Virus record (IMG/VR): IMGVR_UViG_3300017963_000497
Coordinates: 1-37,021 of that record
DNA: 37,021 nt
Strand: one strand, 5' to 3'
From: a virus
Taxonomy: Duplodnaviria > Caudoviricetes
Shown here: piece by piece, positions 1 to 12,000 of the stretch
Layout of the letters: each line of letters begins with the position of its first letter
Numbering within the stretch: the first letter of the stretch is position 1
Program-made: the position numbers and the translations under genes
Notes under the pieces: generated by a model
What the model saw: only the letters and a program-made list of their open reading frames with translations
Databases searched by the model: none
What the model was told of the DNA's origin: nothing

Positions 1-219
1 GATGCAAAGGTTCGTAAAATTACTTTTACACCAGATTTTGTTGGTGAAGATTATGTTGTAGAGTGTAAGGGTTATGCAAATGAATCCTTCCCTCTACGGT
101 GGAAGATATTTAAATACTATCTGCACACCAATAATATCAAATATGACTTATACTTGCCACATAATCCACGCGAGGTAGATGAGGTCGTTGAGAAAATCCT
201 CAAAAAACGTGAGAAATAA
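1..219 (+). CDS. Partial (5'-truncated) PD-(D/E)XK endonuclease, T7 endonuclease I / Holliday junction resolvase-like
   Basis: Not in the ORF track. Frame 1 reads DAKVRKITFTPDFVGEDYVVECKGYANESFPLRWKIFKYYL...ILKKREK* (TAA 217-219). TPDF...VECKG is the PD...ExK nuclease signature. Confidence 0.75.
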   Translation, partial: DAKVRKITFTPDFVGEDYVVECKGYANESFPLRWKIFKYYLHTNNIKYDLYLPHNPREVDEVVEKILKKREK

Positions 220-1219
220 AGTGGAAGATTATTATGCGGTTCAACGGGTGAGTGCATCATCTCTAGGCTGGTTTAAAGTATCTCCAAAATATTACCGTAT
301 GAGATTTGACCAAGAGATAGAAGAGGAAAGCAAGGCCTATTTCGATCTTGGTAAACAGATTCATATGGCTATATTAGAACCAATACGGTTTAAAAAGGAG
401 ATAATCCATTTAGAATACGAAACACCTGTTAACCCAAAACAAAAAGAATTCTGCAAATTGGTAGCTCAAAATAAAAAACGCTTGTCAGTCGGTGAAAAAG
501 CTGAACAAGCGTATAAACAAGTATATGAAACTAAGCGAAAAACTGCAGAACGTGTGAAGAAAGATGCAAATGCTTTGTATAGGAAATTTAGAAAATACGT
601 TAAATACCTTAAACAAAGCAAAAAGTATAAGGTCGTATTACCAACATCAACATGGGAATTGATACAAAATATTGTTGAAACTGTAAAACAGCACAAGCTT
701 GCAAATAATTTACTCTTTGAAAATGACTATGGCGTATTTGACGGTGGCAATCTGTTGGTAAACAACGAGCTTCCTATCTATTGGGATTTTAATTTAGATG
801 AGGAAACAACAATTCCTTGCAAATCCTTATTGGACAGGCTAATCATAGACCACAAGAATAAAACCATCAAATTGATTGATTTAAAGACAGCTTATAGTCT
901 TAAAGATTTTGATGTTCATTTTCTTGAATTTGGTTACCACCGGCAGCTGGCCTTCTATTGGCTGGCTGTCGCGTGGATGTTTCAAAATGATTTCCCCGAG
1001 GCTGATTTCTGGGAATATCAAAAGTATACGTACATTATTGCTCTTCAAACCAGGGGGATCAACGAATGTAAAGTATATACTATAACTGACAAATCGTTAA
1101 ACGAAGGACTCGAGGAGATACTGCAAATCACACGCGAGCTCTATTGGCACGTAGAGAATGATCTATGGGACTATACAAGAGCATACTACGAAGGTGACGG
1201 AGCAGAAAAACTTGAGTAA
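209..1219 (+). CDS. PD-(D/E)XK exonuclease (RecE/ExoVIII, DUF3799-like)
   Basis: Motifs VSASSL, G-x-x-I-H-x-A-I-L-E-P, ELPIYW, CKSLLDRL, IDLKT, YHRQLAFY. Start more likely GTG 209 (or 221) than ATG 179, which lies well inside the upstream gene. Confidence 0.8.
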   Translation: MRNKVEDYYAVQRVSASSLGWFKVSPKYYRMRFDQEIEEESKAYFDLGKQIHMAILEPIRFKKEIIHLEYETPVNPKQKEFCKLVAQNKKRLSVGEKAEQAYKQVYETKRKTAERVKKDANALYRKFRKYVKYLKQSKKYKVVLPTSTWELIQNIVETVKQHKLANNLLFENDYGVFDGGNLLVNNELPIYWDFNLDEETTIPCKSLLDRLIIDHKNKTIKLIDLKTAYSLKDFDVHFLEFGYHRQLAFYWLAVAWMFQNDFPEADFWEYQKYTYIIALQTRGINECKVYTITDKSLNEGLEEILQITRELYWHVENDLWDYTRAYYEGDGAEKLE

Positions 1220-1220
1220 T

Positions 1221-1628
1221 ATGGAAACCAACTTATCCTTGCGAACGATGCTACTATTGCCTATGTTAGGTGATCGGTACCACCGAGATTGGTTTTATGT
1301 TAACAACAGTTTTATAAATGCTTACATTGGAGATAGTGGTGAACCAGATTATCACGATAGGATTGTCTTAAAATATCACTACTCACGAACACCCAGGTTC
1401 ATAAGATTTGAGCGCCTGCTAAAACAAAACGAATGTCTAGATGACATGAGATATGATAGCAGCATGCCAACAGTAATGTACTATTTTAAAATCCCTGAAC
1501 ATTTATATACTGATTATGTTAAATATAAACAGGGTCGCTACAACAAATTTAGTGCTAGCTACAAATGGTGTGTACTAAAATTTTGGAGTAGTGAACTAAC
1601 AGAATACCTTATAGAAGGTATGAAATAG
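1221..1628 (+). CDS. Hypothetical phage protein
   Basis: In-frame ATG at 1221 directly follows the exonuclease stop (1219), giving METNLSLRT...; ends TAG and is followed by a terminator. Confidence 0.65.
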   Translation: METNLSLRTMLLLPMLGDRYHRDWFYVNNSFINAYIGDSGEPDYHDRIVLKYHYSRTPRFIRFERLLKQNECLDDMRYDSSMPTVMYYFKIPEHLYTDYVKYKQGRYNKFSASYKWCVLKFWSSELTEYLIEGMK

Positions 1629-1649
1629 CGATATTCAATCATATATAAT

Positions 1650-1685
1650 AAGTTAGGGGGTCAAAACGGCTCCCTAACTTTTTTT
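1650..1685 (+). terminator. Rho-independent terminator of the + strand module
   Basis: aagttagggggtc-aaaac-ggctccctaactt stem-loop (G-U pairs allowed) followed by a T run. Confidence 0.85.
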
Positions 1686-1825
1686 AAGGACTTTTCCAAA
1701 AAACGGCTTTATAGGATGCATTCTAATGCACGATCTCTATATGGGTAATATGGTACCTCCACTTTGGGGGGTCAACTCAACAGCAAGCTTAAAAAGTACC
1801 TTAAATCAAAAATTGGTAAAAATAC

Positions 1826-1863
1826 AAAAAAATAAGGGGTGAAATTGCTTCCACCCCCTTTTT
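1826..1863 (-). terminator. Rho-independent terminator of the minus-strand virion module (likely bidirectional)
   Basis: aaggggtgaa-attgc-ttccaccccctt imperfect stem with an A run on the left and a T run on the right, ~35 nt past the stop at 1897. Confidence 0.75.
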
Positions 1864-1896
1864 GCTTTATAGGAACCCTTGTTTGTTACCCTTATA

Positions 1897-3015
1897 CTAG
1901 TCTGAAATACGCTCGTAGCCTAATTTATAAAACATCTCGTCTGTCACACGGGTAAAAAAGTTTTTAATGTTTTGGAAAAACCGTTTAATCTTTAGTTTAG
2001 TTTTTTGAACTTTTGATTTTACGTTATCTATTTTTTCTATCTTCCAGTCTTTAACAGAACAATAAACTGCAAACGGTGATTTGCCCCCAATTTGTACACG
2101 AGAAGACATATAATCAGAATTCTTTAACTCATAATAAAGTTTTGATGGATTAATCGGGTACTCTAACTTCAAATTGTAGGGTCTATATGCAGTTCCATCA
2201 AAATATGTTCTATTGAACACACCATATATAGTCCAATTAAATTCACCAGATATATAATCTAAACAACTATTAGACCAATAATCATATCCGGTAGGGCAAG
2301 AAGAAAATGACGATTGCTTCCAATGAGATGATGTAATAATAGTAGTACGTAAATTTGATGGGATATGATTACCTTCAACCATACAACCAGAGTGACAGGT
2401 CATCCAATATATTTCCCTTTGTTTATAATCATCAATCAAATTGATAACCATGTTAATTGTATCTTTTGGATAACTACGCCATTTCCTTTGATAAGATGAA
2501 TCTTGTGTTATCGACCAATCTTCAAAAGATACCCTATATTGACTGGGAGAACCGTCCCAATAAGGAATACCTCCATGACCTACAATCCAATACAGTAGTA
2601 TTTTATCTTTTCTTGTTGTGTAAAAATCTATATCTTTTAAGCCATCTTGTATTGTTTCCCATTGATTATCGTAATCAATTATAGTGTTCATATTGGGAAA
2701 CAGATGCTTGATATTATAATGTTTATATTTAGAGTTAAAGTCAGAATTAGGACCATCACCATAAAATACAAATATGTTTTTATGGGTATAACCTTGGTCA
2801 ATCAGACTTTTATATGACATTATAAGATCATACCAATATTCAGAATGTACAATTCTGTCGTCTTTCATTGTATTGCCGCAAGAAATTAAAACGGCATATT
2901 TTTGTCTTGGCTCGCTTAAATGTTGCTGTAACCAATGACCACATATAATAGCAAATGAAATAAAAGCTGAAATAGATACTATTAATATTGGTTTTAAAAG
3001 ATTAAAGATTTTCAT
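1897..3015 (-). CDS. Peptidase C13 (legumain)/caspase-like clan CD cysteine protease with N-terminal signal/TM anchor
   Basis: KYAVLISCG strand, YWYDLIMSYKSLIDQGY..NIFVFYGDG, catalytic His in LLYWIVGHGG (~2575) and Cys in YWMTCHSG (~2395), TTIITSS; hydrophobic residues ~9-25. Confidence 0.75.
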   Translation of the reverse strand: MKIFNLLKPILIVSISAFISFAIICGHWLQQHLSEPRQKYAVLISCGNTMKDDRIVHSEYWYDLIMSYKSLIDQGYTHKNIFVFYGDGPNSDFNSKYKHYNIKHLFPNMNTIIDYDNQWETIQDGLKDIDFYTTRKDKILLYWIVGHGGIPYWDGSPSQYRVSFEDWSITQDSSYQRKWRSYPKDTINMVINLIDDYKQREIYWMTCHSGCMVEGNHIPSNLRTTIITSSHWKQSSFSSCPTGYDYWSNSCLDYISGEFNWTIYGVFNRTYFDGTAYRPYNLKLEYPINPSKLYYELKNSDYMSSRVQIGGKSPFAVYCSVKDWKIEKIDNVKSKVQKTKLKIKRFFQNIKNFFTRVTDEMFYKLGYERISD

Positions 3016-3038
3016 GACTCATCTATTTAATAAGTTAT

Positions 3039-6000
3039 TTAATTGCGGAACCAGCTTATTTGGTCATTTACATATTTCATTCTATACACTTGTCTAACAC
3101 CAGGTACAAAATTTATCATAGTTTTTGTAATTTTAGGTTTACCTTTCCAATTTCCCCTTTCGTACCTTTCAAATGGATCAAACATTTGACTAGTTAAATT
3201 AATTATGTTCTCTACAACGGACATGCTAGCAGCTGGTGACCGTAATATCCTAAGAGCTTCATTTAATTTAGGTGAAAAGAATAACAACTCGGTACGTAAT
3301 CTAAGAGCTTGATAAGCCATAAATGACCACAACCATTCCTCATCATCGTCCTCTCCTTCCATTTTCCCAATAAATATAGTTGACATTATTATAACAGTTG
3401 CAAGGAATACCACTTCTGCCATGGTTTTTCTTATGTTACCTTTTTCCATGCGAGTAAGGTCTGTCCATTCTTCTGACCAAGCGGCCAATCTAAATATGCG
3501 CAAATCTTTCATAAGATTCCTGAAAAATCTACCCGTAGTTCTATAATTACCTTCAGTCCAACCTTCAAGCAATTCATTATACTTTTTCTTGGCATATCTG
3601 CGTTTAAACCCTGGTACAACAAATTTCCTAAACATTATACCAAGTCGTCCCAAGGCATATCTTTGGACAGCTGCCATACCATTCCTCGAATATTCCCCAT
3701 GCATTGCTGATAAGATTCTACGTGCTTGCAGTCCAAATTTTGCTCTTTTTTCTCGTCCAAAATTAGCCACACCTTCTTTAACATCGAGTCTGCCGTCTTT
3801 ACCAATAGTTAAATTGTCTAACATAGTACCCATATCTTTACCATTCTTATCTTTAGCTCGCATGCGATTAAGCATAGCTAGTACAACTCTAGTTTGCATT
3901 AAATGTTCACCAGCGTGAGTAGTAAAAAAGAGGGTATTAGATGACATCAATTGTTGGAACTTAGAATTTTTTCTATATTCGCCATTTTCATATTCATTTA
4001 ATGTATTGAATTCTTCGTTTATTAGAGAAATAATATTAGTTGGCACTCTTTCGCCAATATCTCCTAATATACCCGGGAGATTTTTTGTATAATATACTCC
4101 TGCTTTAACAAAATCTTTTACACCATAGTATTCGCCACCAAAAGCTTCAGCCCACTGCATTGTTTCACCGAGCAATACGTTAGCTACTCCCTGTACCATA
4201 TTAAGACCTAGCAAGTTGAATGATGTATACCGGTTAAGTAGGTCAGCGCCTTTAGCAATATCAACATTTGCACCAAACAATGGTAAAACTCCTTCATCTC
4301 TTACTCTTTGACCATAGATAATTGACTTGAACCAATCTCCTAATTGTTGTGATACAAATGATTGCACTCCTTTTTTAGTTAACATTCGATCCCCAATTCT
4401 ACTAAGACCATCTTTTATAATATTGCCTCTTTCATCTCGACGTAGTACTTCTCTATTTTCTACGAAATACTTAGCCATTTCCATTTCCGGTAAAATTTCA
4501 CTCTTTAGTGAGTAATCCCGAGCCATAGACCAATATCTCTGATAGATTGTAGCTATATCATATGATTGATTTTGTGGTTCGATATCATAAGTATAAAAAA
4601 TAGGTACAAAGTTTATAGGATCTCCAGCTTCATTAGTAATATCAAGTTGACCCTTTTCAATATCTTCAGGTCTTTTTACTAATCCTAGCCTAGTCTCTTC
4701 CCTAGCAATAGTGCTGGGTTTTTGTTTGCGGAGCACACGTTCACCCAATTTCGCCGCAATAGCTGGTAATTTTCCACGGAGCCTAAATCTATATGGCAAC
4801 ATCTTATCTGCTTCTTCAGATAATTCAACAATTAAGTTATAAAATTCAATTCTTGGATCTTTATTTTCATTAAGTTTTAATAATTCACGTTGTTCAGTTT
4901 CTGTTAATTGTGGATCAATATCAGCTATTTCTAACAATTTTTTCCATTGTGGATTTCTCCATCGTTCTGCCGGTGTTCTGTATTCCCATCTAGAAGTATC
5001 TAAGAATTCAAAATATTTTTCGGCAGTTTCTTCTCGTACATGTTCACGCAATACAAAACTATAACGAGAATTCCGATTGGCTTCCCAGGAATCAATTACA
5101 GCCCACTCAGCATCAGTTAACTGCCCTTCTTCTTTCATTTTCCGTAAATATTCAGCACGAGCTTTGTTATAAGCAATTTTATCTTTTTTTGAACGACCAT
5201 AATTTTCATTAATCCAGCTCTCTTTTTTAGCACGTAAAGCTAGATCACTAATATCCGGGTCATTGGTCCATTCAGTAACTTTATCGTTATATTCGTCCCA
5301 CATTGAACTAAGATAAGGTGTTACATAATGTTGCGTCAACAAACCAGTTTTTTTATCGCGTTCTAGCATAAAACCATAGAACTTAGTTTGATCCGCCATA
5401 CTACCCAGAAATTTTTCAAGCTTTTTCTTAGCTGCAACTATACGGTTACGTGCACCTATTGATTCATATCTAGATTGTTCATCAGTTAAACTAAATTTTT
5501 TAACCATTGCTTGAACAACAAGATCAGGTGAATCAAGCAAGTTGTCTAACCACCGGCCCAAAAAATTAATATCCCATTCAGCTTTTAACAACTCTTTGCG
5601 TATCGATTCTTCAGTTTTAAGTTTTATTTGTTCATCATTTGCAGCAAGATATTTAGCTTGGTATTCTTCTAATGGTGTTTCTTCTTTCTCTTTTTTACTA
5701 AGTCTATTCCACCGCCTTTCAAGCGCTTCTTTGTATTCCCCAGCAATTCTAGTAGAATATGGTGCTAAAAATTTAGAAACTATGTTAACACCTTTTCGCA
5801 CATACAGTCTCTCAATAAATGTTTTATTTGCTAAAATCTCATCAATTTCTTCAATTCTAGCTTGCATGCGAATATCTCTGCCTTTCCTAAATTTATCCCC
5901 AACTTCAATTGGTGCATTTTTAAGTTCAATTAATGCATTTCTAATATCATATAATACATTGGCATAGGCAGCAACATAATCTTTCCACTTAGACAAACGA

Positions 6001-9000
6001 TCAGCATTAAACGGATCTTCTTCAATGCCTAGACCAGCTTCTGATTCAAATCTATGTATGTCTTGTATAACACTATTCGTTTGCCGTCTAGCAACTTCAA
6101 TAAACCTTCGTATAGATCGATATGGATTATCCCCTTCTTGTACTTCATTGAGACCTTTTTCAATGGCTTCAACTGCAGCCTTCTTACCTCTCTGTTGGTA
6201 AATACCAATTTTTTTCTCTAAGGCTTCGATAGCTTTCTTACGTATTTTATTGAGATCAGTTTCTGGCTCCTCTTCCAACTTAAGGACATCTTCCGCTTCC
6301 TTTGGATCAATACGTTGCTCTTGCTCATAAGTAGAGGGTTGTCCATGTAAATCCTCAGCTTTTACTGGTGTACCACGAACAAGAGTTTTAGCTAATTTAC
6401 GTACAGCTGAAGACTCAATACCCAACAATTGTCTTATACGTCTGAAGAACCGTACAAGCCACCGTTCCCAACGACCCATTTCAAATTCTTCTTTAAAAAT
6501 TTTAGCTGCTTCTAAACCAACAGCTTGGGCAAGAACTTCTTTTTGAACTCTATCAAATTCTCCACGTTCTATAAGATCTGAATACTTATTATAAACATCT
6601 TTTTGTAAATCAGTCCCATCCAGGAAACGCAATCCCTGTCTTACCAATCTATTGTTAACACCACCAATAAGGTCAATAAGCAAATGACCAAATTCGTGAC
6701 CTAATGTATCACGTAACCAATAAACTGGATTTACATGAATTTCTTCTCCACCTGACATTAATTTTCCGGGGATATCTAATGTAAAATCCTCAACAATTCT
6801 GACACCTGGAAAAGTTTTTTGCAATATTTGTCGTTGCTCTTCAAATTCAGCTCTAGTTAAAGGCTCACCCTTTGTGACACGTTGTTCACGTGCATTGAGC
6901 TTGTCAATAACATCTTGATTAATTTGTATTAGCCATGAATCATTGCGTGGTATCAATGTAATTAATTTACCATATTTTTCATATTTTTTATTAAGTTTAA
7001 ATATAACCCTGCGACTAGCTGGTAATGCGGATCTATCCCGACCAATTTTAATCCAATTATCGAAACCCTTAAATTCTTTTGTGTTCATAGCTTCAGTATC
7101 TCTAAGATACTTAATAATGGATTCTTTGGTTACACCTCTACTAGGTTTTTCTTTAGTTTCTCTAGCTGCTCTTTTTTCAGCGATAGTTACACGTTCAGTC
7201 GGATCTTTATAGTAAAGATCATGCAATTCTTCTTCAAGTCCTTGACGCTCTTCTGGCGAAAGATCTTGTTTATTAAGTAATGCTAGTATTTCTTTTAATC
7301 GGCTAGTTTCCTTTTGTGGAGCACCTATACGTTGTTCATAATCTATTGGTATTGGTAATTTACTGTATGGACCCAAATCTCTGGCTAACCTAAATCGTAC
7401 CTCCTCTAAAATTTCGGGAAAATCCTCTTTCCATCTAGTTTTATCCTGTACATGTGTTATTTTTTTACTACCCGTAGCTAATAATTTATCTTTCGCTTCT
7501 ATATTTTGATTAAATGATTCATACACAGCAAATTTCATGAGATCAAAAGCAACCTCATTCCAATCAGCCTGCTCTTCTAAAGTAAATTGTCTACCTAATT
7601 TCTTAATTTCACCAGTTTTCTTAGTAGTCATAATTTGTCTTAACAGTTCCTTATTTTTAGGATCTGACATAGTGGACCACTGAAATTTCATAGCCTGAAA
7701 AAATTGTTCAACCGACGTAAACCTTATATCATATATATCGTGTCCTCTAGCTTTCTCACCGGGAAATTGAATGTTAAATATTTCGTTTAATACTTCAGGT
7801 ACATCGTCAATTGATTGTATAAACAGATTATTTTGTAAATGTGGAAACATTTTTTTTATTTTGTCTAGTAATTCATCAAGATGGGTCATAGCAATTGTTT
7901 GTCCCCCCCTTAAATTAAACGGTCTCCAAGCTAAATTAGATAATTCAAAATTTTCTCCTGCACCAGCATACACATTTACAAATTTCGAAGTATCCACCGG
8001 AATTTCAAATAATTTACCCTGTTCCGGTTCTTGTGATACAACACTTTCATCAAGCAATTCAAACCCTATTTTAACAACATTAGATTTTCCTTTAAGATAC
8101 TGAGTGTTTTTTACAAAATATTCTTTGTCCCTACCTTCAAGAGTAAAATAGGAATCAGTTGCCGGTAAAGCATGTATTTGTTCAATATTTACTGGTTCAA
8201 CGTATGTTACTCTAGCTCTGACAGATCGATTATCATCACTTACAATAGTCACCACGTCTCCCACTTTGTAATTATTTCTATTTTGCCTGGTAGTTTGGGT
8301 TTTTTTACCGGATATTACATTATCAAATTGACCAGCAAAAGTCATGGTCATCTTTTTCTTTACAGAAATACTGACAGGTTGTTCAAGACGTTTTTCTGAT
8401 ACTTGTACAGGATTATAGTAATTTGCTATCCGATCCTCTTTAGGAACATGTTGAAAATTTTCATATCCCTTAAGTTTAATAACTTCCGGTTCTTTTGCTT
8501 CTGACAACAATCGTGGTAAATTGTTCTCTGTTTCAAATGATGTATCTAGATTATATTCATAAACTTTTATATTTCTAGTAAAATATCCCTTCTTATTAAC
8601 AACTTTATAAACTGGTAAGACATTATCTTCGTTATCAACACGATAACCAATATATTCACCTATTAACCACCCATATTTATTATTACGTATTTTAACAAAT
8701 GGTTGATACAAAGGTTGTCCTTTATGGTTAGTACCATACCAAGACGAATTACCAGCAACAGTAAATAAATAGGGGTAATTTAAGGATTTATTTGTTTTTG
8801 GTTCTACAGCAATTTTTGTTGCAACTGGAGATACAGATGGAACTAGAGAATCATCGGGCCAATTATTAAGATACAATTCACGTAATATATCAATATCACG
8901 TTCGCCTTCCTGTAATTCCTCTTTAATTTGCTTGACACCATCACTAAATGAAATAGCTTCGTCGATATGTTGTGGAATTTGTTTAGCAGCATCGATAGGT

Positions 9001-12000
9001 AAAAATTGGTGAAAAGCATTAAGTCCAAATCTACGTCCAGATATAATAAAACTATATGCCATAAGGTTCATAGCTAACCTACGAATCTTCTCGCTATCTT
9101 TAGAATTATCATTAAACAAATCTAACCAAGCATTTGAAAGACTATTTTTGCTCCATCTATCCAATTTACCAAAACTTAACATTTGCAAAGTATCAGGAAT
9201 CTCTTTTTTATCGGATAAAACAGGCGTAAGTGATTGTATAAACAGATTATTTTGTAAATGTGGAAACGTTTTACCGCGTTGAATTGCGTGTATCCATCTA
9301 GCTAAACTTTTCTTGCCAAAAAACATACGTTTAACAATATCAGCTGTCAATCCCATGCCTTTTGGACTAGTGAAATATTCACTTATAATAGTTGCATGCA
9401 GTATATTTGCATATCTATTGATTAACTTATCGTCACTACTATATTTCTTACCAGTTTGTAACAGCAACGAATTCATCATATCATCAAACTTATCTGTAGA
9501 TGATATAGTGAGATTGCGAAGCATATCCTGAGCCAAATCTACACTATTCTCTAATAATGTACCTAAAAACGATTCATTAATAAGTTTGTCAAAATTATAT
9601 ACAAGATCAGATTCTATGACCCTATTAAATCGATTCATAAACGCTCTAACTTGTACAATGTTAGAACCATAACGCTTGGTATCAATTTGACTTGCCTGAA
9701 CTGCTTCATTCAATGAGAACGATAAACTATTTAATTCCGTAAAAAATCGTGACAATGCAATTTGTTTAGCATACCAATCACTATTTTTAGGTGCACTCAA
9801 CAATTTCATGAGACCAGAAGGCGTTAACAACGACTTAACGTCTACATTCTCCACTGCAGATTTACTGGTATTTGCCCAATATTTTTTCCTAACTATTTTA
9901 TTTATATTAGCATTCGGATTTCCACCAATATTCCCGTCATACCTACTTCGTAATTTAGCGTATTCTTTTATAATCGGTTGTGATAATAAATACCCAACAA
10001 ATTCCGCACCAGCACCAGCTCTTAATAACAAGTTGGCGACATTATAAGTAGCCGGACCAATATTAAGATCAGTAATATAAGGATCCTTAGCTGCATCCAC
10101 ATGAGCATCAATAAATGCGGATAACCAACTAAGTATTGCAACTCTTTTATCAACATCACGCACTTGTGACAAATCTATAACAGAATTTTCTTCATCATAG
10201 TGAATTAAACCCGGTAATACATTTGCACTTTTCAAACCTAATTTAACAATTTGACCAAGAGAATGGTGTACATTATTTAATGCAAATGGACCAATACCAC
10301 CCATACTATCGGTAAATCTAGATTTTGTTTCTGACTGGAATCTAGGCGTTGTACCCATTAAAGCACGCAACTTAATATCTTTACCTTCAGCTTTTTTAAC
10401 AACTTCAGATATATCTTTAAGTGTCCCCGTGTGAACACCAAGTGGTGTTGTATTATCAATTAGATGTAATGGACTAGTAGTAACAGCTGTAAAAGCATCT
10501 AACAATCTGTTCTCAACTGCTAGTCTGTTATTTAAATCATATATATCCTTCCCATGATTTTCTTTGATAAATTCTTCTAAAGTAGGAATTTTCTCAACTC
10601 GTTCTTTTATTTCATTATAAAGTTTTAAAGTAAATCTGCCATTATATTCTTGTAGAATTTCATCAAGTTCAGCATCACTAAAATATTCTGGCATTTCCCC
10701 CATCATAGCGGTAATCAAACTAACAACTTCAGGATCACCTCCTTTTCGTTCTAAATCTTCTTCAAAATCACGTTCGGCTTCTATGATAACCCGATCCATT
10801 TTTTCAAGTAGATTTTTTGTTCTATCATAACGCTCATGATAAAGTTCAGTTAAACCTTCTTTAGAAGATGTGTCAACATCAATAAATTTAATTCGTTGGA
10901 TTTCGTTATTTAAAGTAATTCTATAATTATATCGCGCTATAAACAATTTGTCAATATCAAAATCAGAACCAGTAAGTCTAGTAAATTCAGCTGGAAGTAC
11001 TACAGTGTCTCCTACATTTTCAGGTAAAAATTCTTTTACTGTGAAAGGTATAACAGAATTTAATCCTTGTGTGGGTATCCTATAACCAATACCGTCAAGA
11101 TTTTCTTTTAACCATTTTCGAGCTTGTTCAAATGTAACTTTACCCTCTTTATAACCGGGTATAACATCTCTGAATAATCCAACGGAAACCATAATTTCCA
11201 TTTTGCCCTCATCATTGTAGAATTTCAGTTCACTGGTTTTCAAAGCATTAACCTTTTTTAAACCGAAATTAGACATTTGTATAAACCCACCACCAGCAGT
11301 TTTCACGTCTACCGTATTCTTGGAAATTATTGACATCAGTCTATTTTCTATCCACATGCGATCTGGTAGAGCATCAAATTCTACATATAATTCGCCATTT
11401 TCATCTACATATAAAGCATCTACTATATTATCAGGCATTCCAGCCAATTTGGCTTCTCTACGTAACATCGTAACCAAATTCTCCGGATCACGTATTTGTG
11501 GGTCGTCTTCATTAACACCTAGCCGCTCTAACAATTTACGTTTTCCACGATTGGACAAGTTTCTTAATGCCTTATTTGCAGCATCAACAACATCTGAACC
11601 TTTAACTTTTTTGCCACCTAATACATATTCTCCGCCAAGTACTATATTTGAGATAGAAACTTTCTTCATTTGAGTACCAAGCAATTGTCGTTTAATTTCA
11701 TGTGGATCAGTGACAACTTGTCTATACAGCCCATCAAAAAATTGCTCGTATACTATAGAATTGTGTAAAGCCGACTCATCTACTACATCTTCTCCTTCTT
11801 GTGTTCGTTTAAAATAATTAATTTGTTGTCTATTGCCAGCTTTTACAGCAGAATCAAATTTAACCATATCTAACGGCCGTTTTTTGTCGGTCATACGGTT
11901 ATACATTGGTTCTAACTGTGTGCCTTTTGCCACTTTTTTAAACACAGTGGCTAATGACATTTTATCATAAACAGGTATAGCTAAGCCATTTTCAAAATGT

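Noticed and set aside
179-208. ATG 179 start of the exonuclease (and ATG 1158 for the next gene)
   Set aside because: Both create long overlaps with upstream genes; downstream starts (209/221, 1221) abut the preceding stops.
1801-1816. Possible IHF site (aatcaa...ttg)
   Set aside because: Spacing is one base off the WATCAANNNNTTR consensus, and such matches are common in AT-rich DNA.
1629-1896. tRNA or Bacteroidota sigma promoter (TAnnTTTG) in the only sizeable intergenic region
   Set aside because: No cloverleaf/T-loop motif and no convincing -7/-33 pair seen.
2930-3015. Lipoprotein signal in the protease (AIIC)
   Set aside because: Does not fit the L-[AS]-[AG]-C lipobox; treated as a signal/TM anchor only.
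7812-9267. 37-bp repeat as a DGR template/variable pair or CRISPR repeat
   Set aside because: Only two copies 1.4 kb apart, both in coding frame, no adenine-specific mismatches, no reverse transcriptase or cas gene in the window.
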